Part shown: positions 1 through 10,142 of the stretch, one piece after another
Layout of the letters: every line of letters starts with the position of its first letter
How positions within the stretch are numbered: position 1 is the first letter of the stretch
DNA from: Pelobacter seleniigenes DSM 18267
GTDB lineage: Bacteria; Desulfobacterota; Desulfuromonadia; Desulfuromonadales; Geopsychrobacteraceae
DNA length: 64,000 bases
Direction of reading: 5' to 3'
Assembly: GCF_000711225.1 (NCBI RefSeq)
Contig: NZ_JOMG01000001.1
Location: 292,855-356,854, forward strand
Notes under the pieces: generated by a model
What the model was told of the DNA's origin: nothing
Database searches by the model: none
What the model saw: only the letters and a program-made list of their open reading frames with translations
Position numbers and translations under genes: made by a program

Positions 1-1
1 T

Positions 2-1213
2 GTGGAACAGTTCGAACGTCTTTACCCGTCCATTCAAGTCTCGGTCCTGAATAAAAAAACCACCGCGGCCCTGGATGAAATTCATCGCGGAAACGCCCGC
101 AACCTGGACATTTTCTGGTCTTCTTCGGCGGATGCCTTTGATCTGCTGAAGTCGGAACAGGCCTTGCAAAAAACCGTTCACCGGCGCGATTTCCCGTTGG
201 TCTCCATCAATAATATCAAGCTTGACGACCCGGACGGCTTCTTTTACGGGTTCGCCCTCTCCGGCGTCGGTTGGATGTGGAACAATCAGTACCTGCGCAA
301 GGAGAGCCTGCCGATCCCGCAGCGCTGGAGCGACCTGACCCGGCCGATCTATTATGGCCACCTCGCCATGTCGACCCCGGCGCGCTCCGGCACCACGCAT
401 ATGATTGTCGAAAATTTCCTGCAGGAGTTGGGCTGGGAGCAAGGCTGGCAGCAATTACTGCTGCTGTCCGGCAACTTTGCCACGGTCACCGCCCGCAGCT
501 TCAGTGTTCCGGAAGGGATCAGCAGCGGCCGATTCGGCATCGGCCTGGTTATCGATTTCCTGGCCCTGGCCAGACAGTCAGATAATATCCGCTTTCGCTA
601 TGGAGCACCGGTTTTCCCGGTGCCGGCCTCCATTGCCCGACTTAAAGGCGGCAGGAATGAGCGGGAAGCCGATCTGTTCATGGACTTCATCCTCAGCCTG
701 GACGGACAACGCATCCTGCTGCAGCCCGATATCAGCCGCCTGCCCGTTGCGGAAGAGCTTTTTCCTCCGGCCGGCGCACGGACTTCGAACCTGCTAGAAC
801 TGTTAGGGCACCAGCAAGTGCGGGCGTTTGCGGTGACCCTGTCCCGTCAGCGCTATCACCTGGTCAATGAGCTGTTCGACCGCATGATCACTTTTAAACT
901 GCGGGAAAGGCGGACCCTGTGGCGTCGGCTGATCGAGCTGGAAAAAAATTGGCAGCGGGATCACCAGCAACTGCAAAGCCTGAAACAAAAGGTCTTAGCT
1001 CTGCTCGTCGCCCTGCCGGTCACTGCCGCACAGAGCCGTGATCCGGCCTTCATCGCCGGGCTCGGTCTGGAGCAGGACGGAGAGTCCTCCCAGGCCGACC
1101 ACCGCGCCACCATCCACCGTTGGGACGCTTTCATCGAACAGAACCTGGCCCAAGCCAAAACGCTGCTCGAGGCTGCGGAAAATACTCCGCAGCAACAGGC
1201 GGACCGCCCATGA
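2..1213 (+). CDS. periplasmic solute-binding-protein-like protein (PBP fold), 5'-truncated by window edge. Stop overlaps the start of the downstream sensor kinase (ATGA).
   Basis: ORF track 403 aa continuing from window start. Composition and motifs resemble ABC-type extracellular solute-binding proteins; C-terminal ~120 aa is helical and charged. Translationally coupled to the HK (atg 1210-1212 / tga 1211-1213). Confidence 0.5.
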   Translation: MEQFERLYPSIQVSVLNKKTTAALDEIHRGNARNLDIFWSSSADAFDLLKSEQALQKTVHRRDFPLVSINNIKLDDPDGFFYGFALSGVGWMWNNQYLRKESLPIPQRWSDLTRPIYYGHLAMSTPARSGTTHMIVENFLQELGWEQGWQQLLLLSGNFATVTARSFSVPEGISSGRFGIGLVIDFLALARQSDNIRFRYGAPVFPVPASIARLKGGRNEREADLFMDFILSLDGQRILLQPDISRLPVAEELFPPAGARTSNLLELLGHQQVRAFAVTLSRQRYHLVNELFDRMITFKLRERRTLWRRLIELEKNWQRDHQQLQSLKQKVLALLVALPVTAAQSRDPAFIAGLGLEQDGESSQADHRATIHRWDAFIEQNLAQAKTLLEAAENTPQQQADRP

Positions 1214-3600
1214 AGCGAACCATCCGATTCGGCATCTGGACCCGTCTGCTGCTGGCCTTCGGGACTATTTCAGCCATCACCATTGTCACCGGCCTGATCA
1301 GTTTGCTGATCCTCAATCATTCCAACGACCTGTTCACTTCCATCATGGACAAGCACCTCCCCGAGGTGATTCAGGTGGCCGACTTCTCCGAAATCGGCGG
1401 GCAGATCATCGCTGTTGCACCCAGTCTGATTTCCGCGGCCGATGTCCCCAGCCGGGATCGCATCGCCAGCGATCTGGATGTCCTGCTGCAACGCATCAAT
1501 CGGCAAATCGGCAAAATGGAAATCAATTCGCCACAGCTCAGACACAGTATTGAAGTCCTGGTCGAAGGGCTCAAAGCCAACCTCGCTGCGTTGCAGAGCA
1601 CCGTCAGCAGACGCCTCACCGATGAGCAGACCCTGACCGAAAAAATGGAACGGTTACGCTGGCTTTATGCAGATCTGCTCGATGAAATCGAACCCCTGAA
1701 CCAGGATCTGAGCTACAACCTGGATGCAGAAATAGAGCGCCTGATCGGCGCATCCTTAAGCGGCGACAAAACCTTTTCCGCCCGGCGACTGAGGGACAAT
1801 CGTCTGGACAAAGAAGCGATTGAACGGATCGGCGACAACGGTGTGCTGCTGGTCAGCCTGCTCTTGCAAGCACCGACTTCGGTTAGTAAGGACCAGGTCG
1901 ATTATCTGCTGGCGCTCTCTGACGATGCCCTGGGCGTGCTGCGTGACAGCATGGAACGGCTGACCAGTCAGGCCAGCTCGGTCACCCTGCGCCAGGTCCT
2001 GGCTGAAATCTTCGCCCTCGCCGAAGGGGACAGTTCGGTATTCGGTATCAAAAAGAAAATCATTGCCGAAGAGACCAGCGGCCAGATCATCCTGGCCGAG
2101 AACCGGGTGTTGGTCAATCAACTGCGCCAGGTCATCGACCAGGTCGTCAACCAGACCCGAAGCGATGCCTTCGCCGCGGTGACCGGAACCAAAAACACCC
2201 TGGGCAGAGCCCGTCTGCTGCTCATTCTGCTCGGGATTTTCAGCCTGCTGACCGCAGCCTCGGTGTCCTGGTTTTACGTCCGCGGCAATATTGTCAAACG
2301 CCTGAATCGGCTGGGCACCAGCATGCAGGCCATTGCCGGTGGCAACCTGCAGCATCCCATCCCCCCCATTGAAGACGATGAGATCGGCCGCATGACCCGG
2401 GCCCTGGCCGTGTTTCGCGATACCGCCCAGGCCATGGAGGACGCCCAGGCCCAGGCGATTATCGATAACGCCGATGTCGGACTGATTATTGCCGATGCCG
2501 GGGGCACGATCCGTTTTTTCAACGCCATGGCGGTCAAGCTGTTCGCTGTGCAACCGGAATGGATGGTCGGCCGCAGCTTGTTTACCCTGATCCTTGCCGA
2601 CGGTCACGAGCAGTTGCTGCGCATCTGCAGCGATGTCTATACCGGCAAGCTACAGAGCGCGCCGGCGCAGACCTTTCAGGGCTTAAGAAGCGACGGCACC
2701 AGTTTTCCCATCGATGTGTCGATCCATCCGGTCCGGCAACGCAACCAGCGCAGCCTGATCATTACCGTCCATGACGTCAGTGAGCGGGCCAAAGCCCAGG
2801 AACTGCTGAAAAAACGGGTCCGGCAAAAGACCGATCACTTAAGCCGCATCAACGTCAAACTCAGACAGGAGGTCCAGGAACGGAAAAAGGTTCAGGACGA
2901 ACTTGTCCAGGCCGGCAAACTGGCCGCGCTGGGGCAGCTGTCGACCGGGATTGCCCATGAGCTGAACCAGCCGCTGGCGGCAATCCGTCACTATCTGCAT
3001 AACGCCCGACTGCTGCTGGAGCGGGACGACCTGGCGACCCACCAGCAAAACCTGGGCAAGGTCTCCGAACTGATCGAACGCATGGCCAAGATGATCAATC
3101 ACCTGAAAACCTTTTCCCGCTGGACCACCAACACCCTGGAACCTGTGGTCCTGGCGACCGCGCTGGAAAAAGCGCTGGCCCTGCTCGCCACCCGGATCGA
3201 CAATCAGCAGATCCGGCTGGATCTTCCCCCCATCGACGGCCGCTGGAAAGTCATGGCCGAGGCGATCCGCCTGGAACAGGTCTTTGTCAACATCATCGGC
3301 AACGCGATCGACGCGGTCAGCAGCATGCCCGAAGATCAGCGCAGCATCGCCATCGCCGCCAACATCGCCGGGGACCGGCTCATCATTCATATCAGTGACA
3401 GTGGGCCGGGCATTCCGGAGGACTCCATTGATTCGATTTTCGACCCATTTTATACCACCAAGGAAGTCGGCCAGGGGCTGGGCTTGGGCCTCTCCATCTC
3501 TTACAATATCATCAAAGATTTCCAGGGGCATATCGAAGCCGGCCCGGCCCCGGGCGGCGGAACCAGGTTCAGCCTGACCCTGCGCAAAGCCGAGGGATAA
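1210..3600 (+). CDS. sensor histidine kinase with large periplasmic domain, PAS, HisKA and HATPase
   Basis: N-terminal TM (MKRTIRFGIWTRLLLAFGTISAITIVTGL), ~320-aa extracytoplasmic region, second TM (LLLILLGIFSLLTAAS), PAS-like segment, H-box AGKLAALGQLSTGIAHELNQPLAAI, and G-boxes DSGPGIPED and GQGLGLGLS. Confidence 0.85.
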   Translation: MKRTIRFGIWTRLLLAFGTISAITIVTGLISLLILNHSNDLFTSIMDKHLPEVIQVADFSEIGGQIIAVAPSLISAADVPSRDRIASDLDVLLQRINRQIGKMEINSPQLRHSIEVLVEGLKANLAALQSTVSRRLTDEQTLTEKMERLRWLYADLLDEIEPLNQDLSYNLDAEIERLIGASLSGDKTFSARRLRDNRLDKEAIERIGDNGVLLVSLLLQAPTSVSKDQVDYLLALSDDALGVLRDSMERLTSQASSVTLRQVLAEIFALAEGDSSVFGIKKKIIAEETSGQIILAENRVLVNQLRQVIDQVVNQTRSDAFAAVTGTKNTLGRARLLLILLGIFSLLTAASVSWFYVRGNIVKRLNRLGTSMQAIAGGNLQHPIPPIEDDEIGRMTRALAVFRDTAQAMEDAQAQAIIDNADVGLIIADAGGTIRFFNAMAVKLFAVQPEWMVGRSLFTLILADGHEQLLRICSDVYTGKLQSAPAQTFQGLRSDGTSFPIDVSIHPVRQRNQRSLIITVHDVSERAKAQELLKKRVRQKTDHLSRINVKLRQEVQERKKVQDELVQAGKLAALGQLSTGIAHELNQPLAAIRHYLHNARLLLERDDLATHQQNLGKVSELIERMAKMINHLKTFSRWTTNTLEPVVLATALEKALALLATRIDNQQIRLDLPPIDGRWKVMAEAIRLEQVFVNIIGNAIDAVSSMPEDQRSIAIAANIAGDRLIIHISDSGPGIPEDSIDSIFDPFYTTKEVGQGLGLGLSISYNIIKDFQGHIEAGPAPGGGTRFSLTLRKAEG

Positions 3601-3604
3601 GACC

Positions 3605-4948
3605 ATGACCGCACCGATTGGAGAAATTTACCTGATTGACGATGAAGTCGAAATTCTGGAGGCCTGCCGGCAAACCTTCGAGCTGGAAGGGTACGCCATC
3701 CGCACCTTTAACAAGCCGCATCAGGCCCTTGCCCAGATCCGCCCGGACTGGCTCGGGGTGGTCATTACCGATGTCAAGATGCCGGAGATCGACGGCATTA
3801 CCCTGCTTGGAAAAATTCACGCCACCGCCCCGGAGATCCCGGTGGTCATTCTGACCGGACACGGTGATGTTCCCATGGCGCTGCGGGCCATGCGCGCCGG
3901 AGCCTATGACTTTTTGGAGAAACCGGCCCCGCCGGAATATCTGGTCGATGTCGCCAGGCGGGCTCTGGAAAGCAGACGCCTGGCCCTGGAAAACCGGGCT
4001 CTCAAGGAACAGCTGGCGACCGGTAGGAATATCGAAGCCCGGCTGCTCGGCAATGCCGCAGCGACCCGCGAGCTGCGGCAGCGGCTGATTTCGCTGGCGA
4101 CCATCGATGTCGATGTGCTGTTGATCGGTGAGACCGGCGTCGGCAAGGAGCTCGCGGCCAGGTGCCTGCATGATTTCGGCCATCGCAGTGCCGGCCAGTT
4201 TGTCGCGCTCAACTGCGGCGCGATCCCCTCCAGTCTGGTGGAAAGCATGCTCTTCGGCCATGAAAAAGGCTCCTTTACCAGCGCCTCGGATAAGCAGATC
4301 GGAAAAATCGAGTATGCCCAGGGCGGCACCCTGTTCCTCGATGAGGTCGAGGCCATGCCCCTCGACACCCAGGTCAAGCTGCTGCGGGCCCTGCAGGAAC
4401 GGACCATCGAACGGGTCGGCAGCAACCGGCAGATTCCCGTCGATTTCCGGGTCATTGCCGCAACCAAGGTCGAGCTGCGCCAGGCGGTCGATGCGGGCAG
4501 TTTCCGCGCCGATCTGTTCTATCGCCTCAATGTGGCCCCGGTCCGCATCCCGCCACTGCGGGAACGCCGTGAAGATCTGCTGCTGCTCCTTGAACATTTC
4601 ATGGTGCGTTGGGCGGATAAATTCAATTGTGCCGTCCCGAACGTCACCGAGGACCAGCAGCAGCGGCTGCTGGAATACTCCTGGCCGGGAAATGTTCGTG
4701 AGCTGAAAAATATCGCTCAGCAATTACTCCTCGACCTGCCCCTCGACCTGCAGGGCGACGCCGCGCAGGGCACCGTGCCAAACGGCGAACACGGGCTTGA
4801 CGAACAGCTCTGGGCCTTTGAGAAAAAGCTGCTCACCGACGCTCTCGCCGCCAACCACAGCCGCATCGAGAAAACTGCCGAGCAGCTGAAAATTCCCCGC
4901 AAGCGCCTCTATCTGCGGATGCAGAAGTTTAACCTCCGCCGCAGCTGA
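3605..4948 (+). CDS. sigma-54-dependent response regulator (NtrC family: REC + AAA+ + HTH)
   Basis: REC domain (DDEVEILEAC...ITDVKMPEIDG), Walker A GETGVGKE, GAFTGA-like FGHEKGSFTSA, ESELFGH-type motifs, C-terminal Fis-type HTH. Confidence 0.9.
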   Translation: MTAPIGEIYLIDDEVEILEACRQTFELEGYAIRTFNKPHQALAQIRPDWLGVVITDVKMPEIDGITLLGKIHATAPEIPVVILTGHGDVPMALRAMRAGAYDFLEKPAPPEYLVDVARRALESRRLALENRALKEQLATGRNIEARLLGNAAATRELRQRLISLATIDVDVLLIGETGVGKELAARCLHDFGHRSAGQFVALNCGAIPSSLVESMLFGHEKGSFTSASDKQIGKIEYAQGGTLFLDEVEAMPLDTQVKLLRALQERTIERVGSNRQIPVDFRVIAATKVELRQAVDAGSFRADLFYRLNVAPVRIPPLRERREDLLLLLEHFMVRWADKFNCAVPNVTEDQQQRLLEYSWPGNVRELKNIAQQLLLDLPLDLQGDAAQGTVPNGEHGLDEQLWAFEKKLLTDALAANHSRIEKTAEQLKIPRKRLYLRMQKFNLRRS

Positions 4949-4957
4949 GATCCCTGC

Positions 4958-4982
4958 TCCCGGTCTGAGCCGACAGACCGGG
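4958..4982 (+). terminator. hairpin after regulator gene (CCCGGTCTG-agccga-CAGACCGGG)
   Basis: 9-bp perfect inverted repeat 10 nt after the stop codon. No T-tract, so function is uncertain. Confidence 0.25.
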
Positions 4983-5087
4983 TCAAACCAGGAACAAAAT
5001 GGGTCAAAACTGACTCAAAGATCCCGGACCCATCTCTTCAGCATCCCCTCATCCGCCCATAATCCAGACGATTCTCCAGGTTAGCGC

Positions 5088-5104
5088 AGTTGGTACGATC
5101 CTTG
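5088..5104 (+). promoter_or_regulatory. candidate sigma-54 (-24/-12) promoter upstream of tctC
   Basis: TTGGTACGATCCTTGTT has GG and GT at the canonical GG-N10-GC spacing (imperfect -12 element), ~130 bp upstream of the tctC ATG and next to a sigma54-dependent regulator gene. Confidence 0.2.
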
Positions 5105-5234
5105 TTAATGAATAAGGTCAGGTGTCGACAAGGGGGTCGCTCCGCTGGACTCTCTCTGTGCGCTCTTGTTGCTCCATTGTGTTGCTGCCGGTCAGGCAGG
5201 TCGTCAAACCTTTCATTTGGAACAGGAGAAAAAA

Positions 5235-6176
5235 ATGCGCAAGATTATCGTTCTCGCCATGGCCCTCAGTCTGATTGTTCCCGTTTATGTCTTCGCCGCT
5301 TATCCGGAAGAACCGATCACCATCATCGTTCCTTCCAAAGCGGGCGGCTCAACCGATGCCTCGGCCCGGCTTTTTGCCAAAGCCGCCAAGAAATACTGGC
5401 CGAGTGCCGACTTTGTCATTAAAAACGTCGGCGGTTCCGGCGGGCAAAAAGGATTTGAAGAAATCGCCCGGGCCAAGCCGGACGGCTATACCATCGGCAT
5501 GGTTTTCACAACTCAGATCGTTGCCCACATCGTCGCCAAACGGGCTCGCTACACCCTGGACAGCTTTCACGTCATGGGGAACTCCATGCAGGACCCGCTG
5601 ATCGTCGCCGTCCCCGCGGATAGCCCCTATAACAGCCTCAAGGATTTCATCGCTGCCGCCAAACAGAACAGCCTGACCGCAGCGGTCAACGGGATCGGCT
5701 CCGATGACTTCGTTGCAGCCAAAAAGTTCGAACTGCAGACCGGCGTCACCTTCAACCTGATGCCGACCAAAGGCTCCACCGAACAGAAAGCCATGATCCT
5801 GGGGGGCCATATCGACGCCAGCTTCATGAACCTCTCCCAGCTCCAGGCCCAGCATAAATCCGGCAAGGCCAAGATCATCGCCATCCTCGACACCAAGCGC
5901 TCGGACATTCTGCCGGATGTGCAGACCGCAACAGAGCAGGGCTATCCGGTCAGTATGACCGCGACCCGCGGTTTCGTGGCCCCGGCCAAGGTGGACAAGA
6001 CCATCCTCGCCAAGCTCGATGACCTGCTGCAGAAAGTGAACAGCGATGCCGAATTCATCGCCGATTGTGACAAAGGGGTGATGTTCCGCCTGCCCATGAG
6101 CGGTCCCGAGTACCTGAGTTATTTGACCGACCTGCAAGCGGAAACCCAGAAATTCTACGACAAGACCCCCTGGTAA
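5235..6176 (+). CDS. tctC: tripartite tricarboxylate transporter substrate-binding protein (TctC / Bug family)
   Basis: Signal peptide MRKIIVLAMALSLIVPVYVFAA, Bug-family motifs (IIVPSKAGGSTD, VIKNVGGSGG), and position in front of tctB and tctA. Confidence 0.85.
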   Translation: MRKIIVLAMALSLIVPVYVFAAYPEEPITIIVPSKAGGSTDASARLFAKAAKKYWPSADFVIKNVGGSGGQKGFEEIARAKPDGYTIGMVFTTQIVAHIVAKRARYTLDSFHVMGNSMQDPLIVAVPADSPYNSLKDFIAAAKQNSLTAAVNGIGSDDFVAAKKFELQTGVTFNLMPTKGSTEQKAMILGGHIDASFMNLSQLQAQHKSGKAKIIAILDTKRSDILPDVQTATEQGYPVSMTATRGFVAPAKVDKTILAKLDDLLQKVNSDAEFIADCDKGVMFRLPMSGPEYLSYLTDLQAETQKFYDKTPW

Positions 6177-6182
6177 CCGATC

Positions 6183-6635
6183 ATGACCAAACGACTTGCT
6201 GAATTCTTGATTCTCAGCCTGTTTCTGGTTCTTGCTGTGCTGCTTTACCGCAGCACAGCAAGCTACCCGGCTTCAGTACAAGGCTCCACGGCAATGTACG
6301 TCCGCTTTCTGGGGATGGCCCTGGGCCTGCTATGCGCGTTGGAGTTGTTGCTCTGGGTGAAAAACCGGGCCCGGGCTAAAGCGGAGAAAATGCAGCTGGC
6401 CGTTGCTCCGGTCAAGTTCTGGGGCCTGCTGATTCTGCTGGTGGGGTATGCCTTCAGTCTGACCCTGGCAGGGTTCTATCTCGCCTCGGCCATCTTTCTG
6501 CCCTTGACCATGCTGCTGCTGGGATCACGCAAACCGCTCTCCATCAGCCTGACCACAGCGGGCGTGCTGCTGTTTGTTTTTCTGGTCTTCGTCAAACTGT
6601 TGGAGGTTCCGCTGCCTGAAGGCTCCTTGTTCTAA
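6183..6635 (+). CDS. tctB: TctB small membrane subunit
   Basis: 150-aa, 4-TM hydrophobic protein between tctC and tctA. Confidence 0.6.
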   Translation: MTKRLAEFLILSLFLVLAVLLYRSTASYPASVQGSTAMYVRFLGMALGLLCALELLLWVKNRARAKAEKMQLAVAPVKFWGLLILLVGYAFSLTLAGFYLASAIFLPLTMLLLGSRKPLSISLTTAGVLLFVFLVFVKLLEVPLPEGSLF

Positions 6636-6649
6636 AAGGTCTGGAAGCT

Positions 6650-8161
6650 ATGATTCTACAAGCTCTGCAGGAGTTATTCACTCCGCTTTCACTGTTGGCC
6701 ATTTTCATCGGCACCACGTCCGGGGTCATCGTCGGCGGCATGCCCGGATTGACTGCGACCATGGCCGTAGCGCTGCTGATCCCGATCACCTTTGCCCTGG
6801 AACCGTTGACCGGCCTGCTGCTCATGGGCGGGGTCTACTGCGGCGCCATGTACGGTGGGTCGATTCCGGCCATCCTGCTCCGCACCCCGGGCACCCCGGC
6901 AGCCGTGGCCACGGCCATGGAAGGCTACCCCATGACCCAGAACGGGCGTGGCGGACTGGCGCTGAAGGTCTCGGTGGTCGCCAGTTTTACCGGCGGGATT
7001 TTTTCAGCCTTCGTCCTGCTGCTGATCGCCCCGCTCCTGGCAACTTTTGCCCTGACCTTCGGCCCTCCGGAATATTTCCTGTTGGCGATTCTCGGCCTGG
7101 CCGGCATCGTCTCCATGGCCGATGATGAAAACCGTTTGGTCAAGGCGCTTATTTCCGGGTTGATCGGCCTGATCCTGGCAGTGGTCGGCACCGATCCCAT
7201 GTCCGGGATGCTGCGTTACACCATGGGGCTGACCGATCTGTTTGACGGAGTGGCTTTCATGCCCGCCCTGATCGGCATGTTCTCGATCTCGCAAATGCTG
7301 GAACTGACCGGCGCCGAGAGCATCGTTGCCGATACCTCCAAGATAACCCGGATCAAGAGCGAACCGCTGCCGAAAGGGATCTTCAGACCCATTGGGCTGG
7401 GTTCAGTGGTGGGGACCATCGTCGGCATTCTGCCCGGCGAAGGAGCGACTATCGCGGCATTCCTTTCTTACAATATCGCCCGCCGCCGCTCCAAGAACCC
7501 GAAACTGTACGGCAAAGGCAATCCGGAAGGGATCGCTGCGGCCGAAGCCGGCAACAATGGCTGCGTCGGCGGCTCGCTGGTCCCGACCCTGACCCTCGGT
7601 ATTCCCGGCAACAGCGTTGCCGCCGCGCTGCTCGGCGGCCTGCTGATCCACGGCCTGATTCCCGGGCCGGAACTGTTCACCAAGTACGGCGTCATGACTT
7701 ATGCCTTCATTCTGTCCCTGTTCATCGCCAACCTGGTGTTCCTGGTGCTGGGACTGTTCATGGCGCCTTATTTCGCCAGAATCGCCTTAACTCCCATTGC
7801 CCTGTTGATCCCGGTGGTGTGCCTGTTCTCGGTGTTGGGTTCCTATGCCATGAACAACAGCGTATTGGATATCTTTGTCGCCCTGATCTGCGGTTTTGCC
7901 GCCATCCTGTTGCAAAAAACCGGCTTTTCCCTGGGCGCGCTGATTCTCGGGCTGATCCTCGGGCCTATTGCCGAGACCGGCTTCGCCCAGGCCCTGATCA
8001 TGGGACACGGCAGCTATGCGATCTTTTTTGACCGGCCACAGGCCATCGCCCTGTGGGTGATTATTCTGCTGCTGCTGGTCCCGCCGGTTTATCAGATTTA
8101 CAAACGCCAGCGGACCGCAGCAACAACCGGCACAGCGCCCGAAAAGAGCAGGGATGAATAA
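6650..8161 (+). CDS. tctA: TctA large permease
   Basis: 503-aa polytopic membrane protein with the TctA duplicated-domain pattern (GxxPG and PGLT motifs). Confidence 0.85.
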   Translation: MILQALQELFTPLSLLAIFIGTTSGVIVGGMPGLTATMAVALLIPITFALEPLTGLLLMGGVYCGAMYGGSIPAILLRTPGTPAAVATAMEGYPMTQNGRGGLALKVSVVASFTGGIFSAFVLLLIAPLLATFALTFGPPEYFLLAILGLAGIVSMADDENRLVKALISGLIGLILAVVGTDPMSGMLRYTMGLTDLFDGVAFMPALIGMFSISQMLELTGAESIVADTSKITRIKSEPLPKGIFRPIGLGSVVGTIVGILPGEGATIAAFLSYNIARRRSKNPKLYGKGNPEGIAAAEAGNNGCVGGSLVPTLTLGIPGNSVAAALLGGLLIHGLIPGPELFTKYGVMTYAFILSLFIANLVFLVLGLFMAPYFARIALTPIALLIPVVCLFSVLGSYAMNNSVLDIFVALICGFAAILLQKTGFSLGALILGLILGPIAETGFAQALIMGHGSYAIFFDRPQAIALWVIILLLLVPPVYQIYKRQRTAATTGTAPEKSRDE

Positions 8162-8290
8162 ACCGTAAGAGAAGCTTGAACCAACGGAACCATGCTTGCC
8201 GAAGCGGTGGCGGCGGCCATTGAGTGACAATTCATGGTTTTTAGCGGCGCAATCACTTTTGCCCGTAACAATGACAAAATTGAGGTGCTT

Positions 8291-8992
8291 ATGCTATTCA
8301 GTCCGGAACTTTTTGGCAGTTATGAACTCGTCATTCTGATCAAACTTTTACTGGCCGCTGCTGCGGGCGGGATTATCGGGCTCGAAAGGGAGTGTCACGG
8401 CCGCCCGGCCGGGCTGCGCACCCACTTGCTGGTGGCGGCAGGGTCCTGCCTGATGATGATCGTTTCCGAAGCGTTTTTCCTCAAATACGGCGACCTGCCC
8501 GGCACCGGCGTGGTCCGCCTCGATCCCGGCCGGTCCGCGGCGCAGATCATCACCGGCATCGGTTTTCTGGGCGCCGGGGTGATTATCAAGGAAGGCTTTA
8601 TCGTTCGCGGGCTGACCACCGCCGCCAGCCTGTGGATGGTGGCCGGCATCGGGATGGCATTCGGCATGGGGCTGGTCAGCGGCGGGGTGACCGGCACCGT
8701 CATCGCCCTGTTTTCCCTGCTGATTCTAAAAAAACTCGAGCCTCATATCAATAAGGACCGCTACCTGCATCTGAACATCACGGCCGCCGCCGAACCGGAC
8801 CCCTTCCCTCAGCTGCAGGAGATTTTCAAAAGCAGGGCATTGCGCATCTCAAGTATCGAGGCTGATTACAACCTCAAAGATAAACAGATTCAGTATAACT
8901 TTGTCCTGACCCGCCATAAACGACGAATCGGCCGCGATCTCAGCAGCGAGATCGCCAACTTGGACGGAGTACAAAAAATACATTTTAAATAA
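8291..8992 (+). CDS. mgtC: MgtC/SapB family membrane protein
   Basis: MgtC N-terminal membrane domain (LLLAAAAGGIIGLERE...GLRTHLLVAAGSCLMM...GAGVIIKEG) plus C-terminal soluble domain. Start moved to ATG 8291. Confidence 0.75.
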   Translation: MLFSPELFGSYELVILIKLLLAAAAGGIIGLERECHGRPAGLRTHLLVAAGSCLMMIVSEAFFLKYGDLPGTGVVRLDPGRSAAQIITGIGFLGAGVIIKEGFIVRGLTTAASLWMVAGIGMAFGMGLVSGGVTGTVIALFSLLILKKLEPHINKDRYLHLNITAAAEPDPFPQLQEIFKSRALRISSIEADYNLKDKQIQYNFVLTRHKRRIGRDLSSEIANLDGVQKIHFK

Positions 8993-9206
8993 TTCCGGGT
9001 TCCCACCAGCGGCCTCTGGCCGGAACCGCCATCCTTGGCGGAGACGGTTGAAAAACCACTTGCTGAGCCCATGGAGGAGAGAGCAAAATTGTTGGCACTT
9101 TTCTCGCTTATTAATTTTTACAGGAGAAAAGCGCATGATTTCCAGCTGTGTTAAAAATCTCAGGACGGAACTTTCCTTCAACCGACATGACCCTAGCGAG
9201 CTACTT

Positions 9207-10058
9207 ATGCCTCTCTCCATCATGGCCATCGTTCTCTGCGCAGCTCTGCTCCACGCCGCCTGGAACTTCATGGTCAAAAGCCTCCCGGACAAATTCATCA
9301 GCATGAGCGCGGTGGTTCTCGGCCACATCCCTTTTTGCCTGGCGGCCATCGGCTTTAATCCGTTGCCGGAGTCTGCCGCCATTCCTTATTTATTACTCGG
9401 CGCCCTGCTCCACACCGGTTACCAGTTGTTTTTGCTCAATGCCTATCGCATCGGCGATCTGACCCAGGTCTATCCGCTGGCCCGTGGAGTTGCCCCGCTG
9501 CTGGTGACGCTGACCTCAGTGCTGTTGCTGGGCGTGAGCCTGTCCGGGACGCAACTGACAGCGACGGCGATGATCGGTTTGGGGATCATGAGCCTCTCCG
9601 CGCTGCGAAAAGGTGATGGTCCAAAAGATCTTAAACCGGCTCTGCTGGCTTTGCTGACGGGAGGCTTTATTGCCGCCTATTCCCTGACCGACGGGCTGGG
9701 CGCCCGGATGGCCGGAACCGCGGTCGGTTATTACGGCTGGATGTCACTGTTGAATGCGCTCATTTTCGGCGCGCTGGTAGCCAAGGCCAAGCCCGGGATT
9801 ATCAAAAAGGTCACCCTGCAAAATCTGCCTCTGGCCCTGCTTGGCGGCGGTTTGTCCTTTGCCGCCTATGCGGCGGTGACCTGGGCCTTCACCCGCGCCC
9901 CTATTGCCCTGGTCACGGCCTTGCGCGAGACCAGCATCATCTTTGCCCTGTTGCTGGGCAGCATTTTTCTGGGGGAACGCCTGAGTAAAGGAAAGGTCGT
10001 CGCTACGTTATTGACCCTGAGCGGGATCATCCTGCTGCGGCTCAGTTACGGCAGGTAA
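9207..10058 (+). CDS. EamA/DMT-family transporter
   Basis: 10-TM protein with duplicated EamA-like halves. Start set at ATG 9207 (MPLSIMAIV). Confidence 0.65.
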   Translation: MPLSIMAIVLCAALLHAAWNFMVKSLPDKFISMSAVVLGHIPFCLAAIGFNPLPESAAIPYLLLGALLHTGYQLFLLNAYRIGDLTQVYPLARGVAPLLVTLTSVLLLGVSLSGTQLTATAMIGLGIMSLSALRKGDGPKDLKPALLALLTGGFIAAYSLTDGLGARMAGTAVGYYGWMSLLNALIFGALVAKAKPGIIKKVTLQNLPLALLGGGLSFAAYAAVTWAFTRAPIALVTALRETSIIFALLLGSIFLGERLSKGKVVATLLTLSGIILLRLSYGR

Positions 10059-10142
10059 GGTCCAGACTTCGCCTGAAATCAAAATATGCCGGAGCTTCAA
10101 CCGGCAGGCAGTTTCAAAATGCCGCCAGCCTCCCCGGGTCGG

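Noticed and set aside
5349-6137. 262-aa ORF on - strand
   Set aside because: Antisense to tctC.
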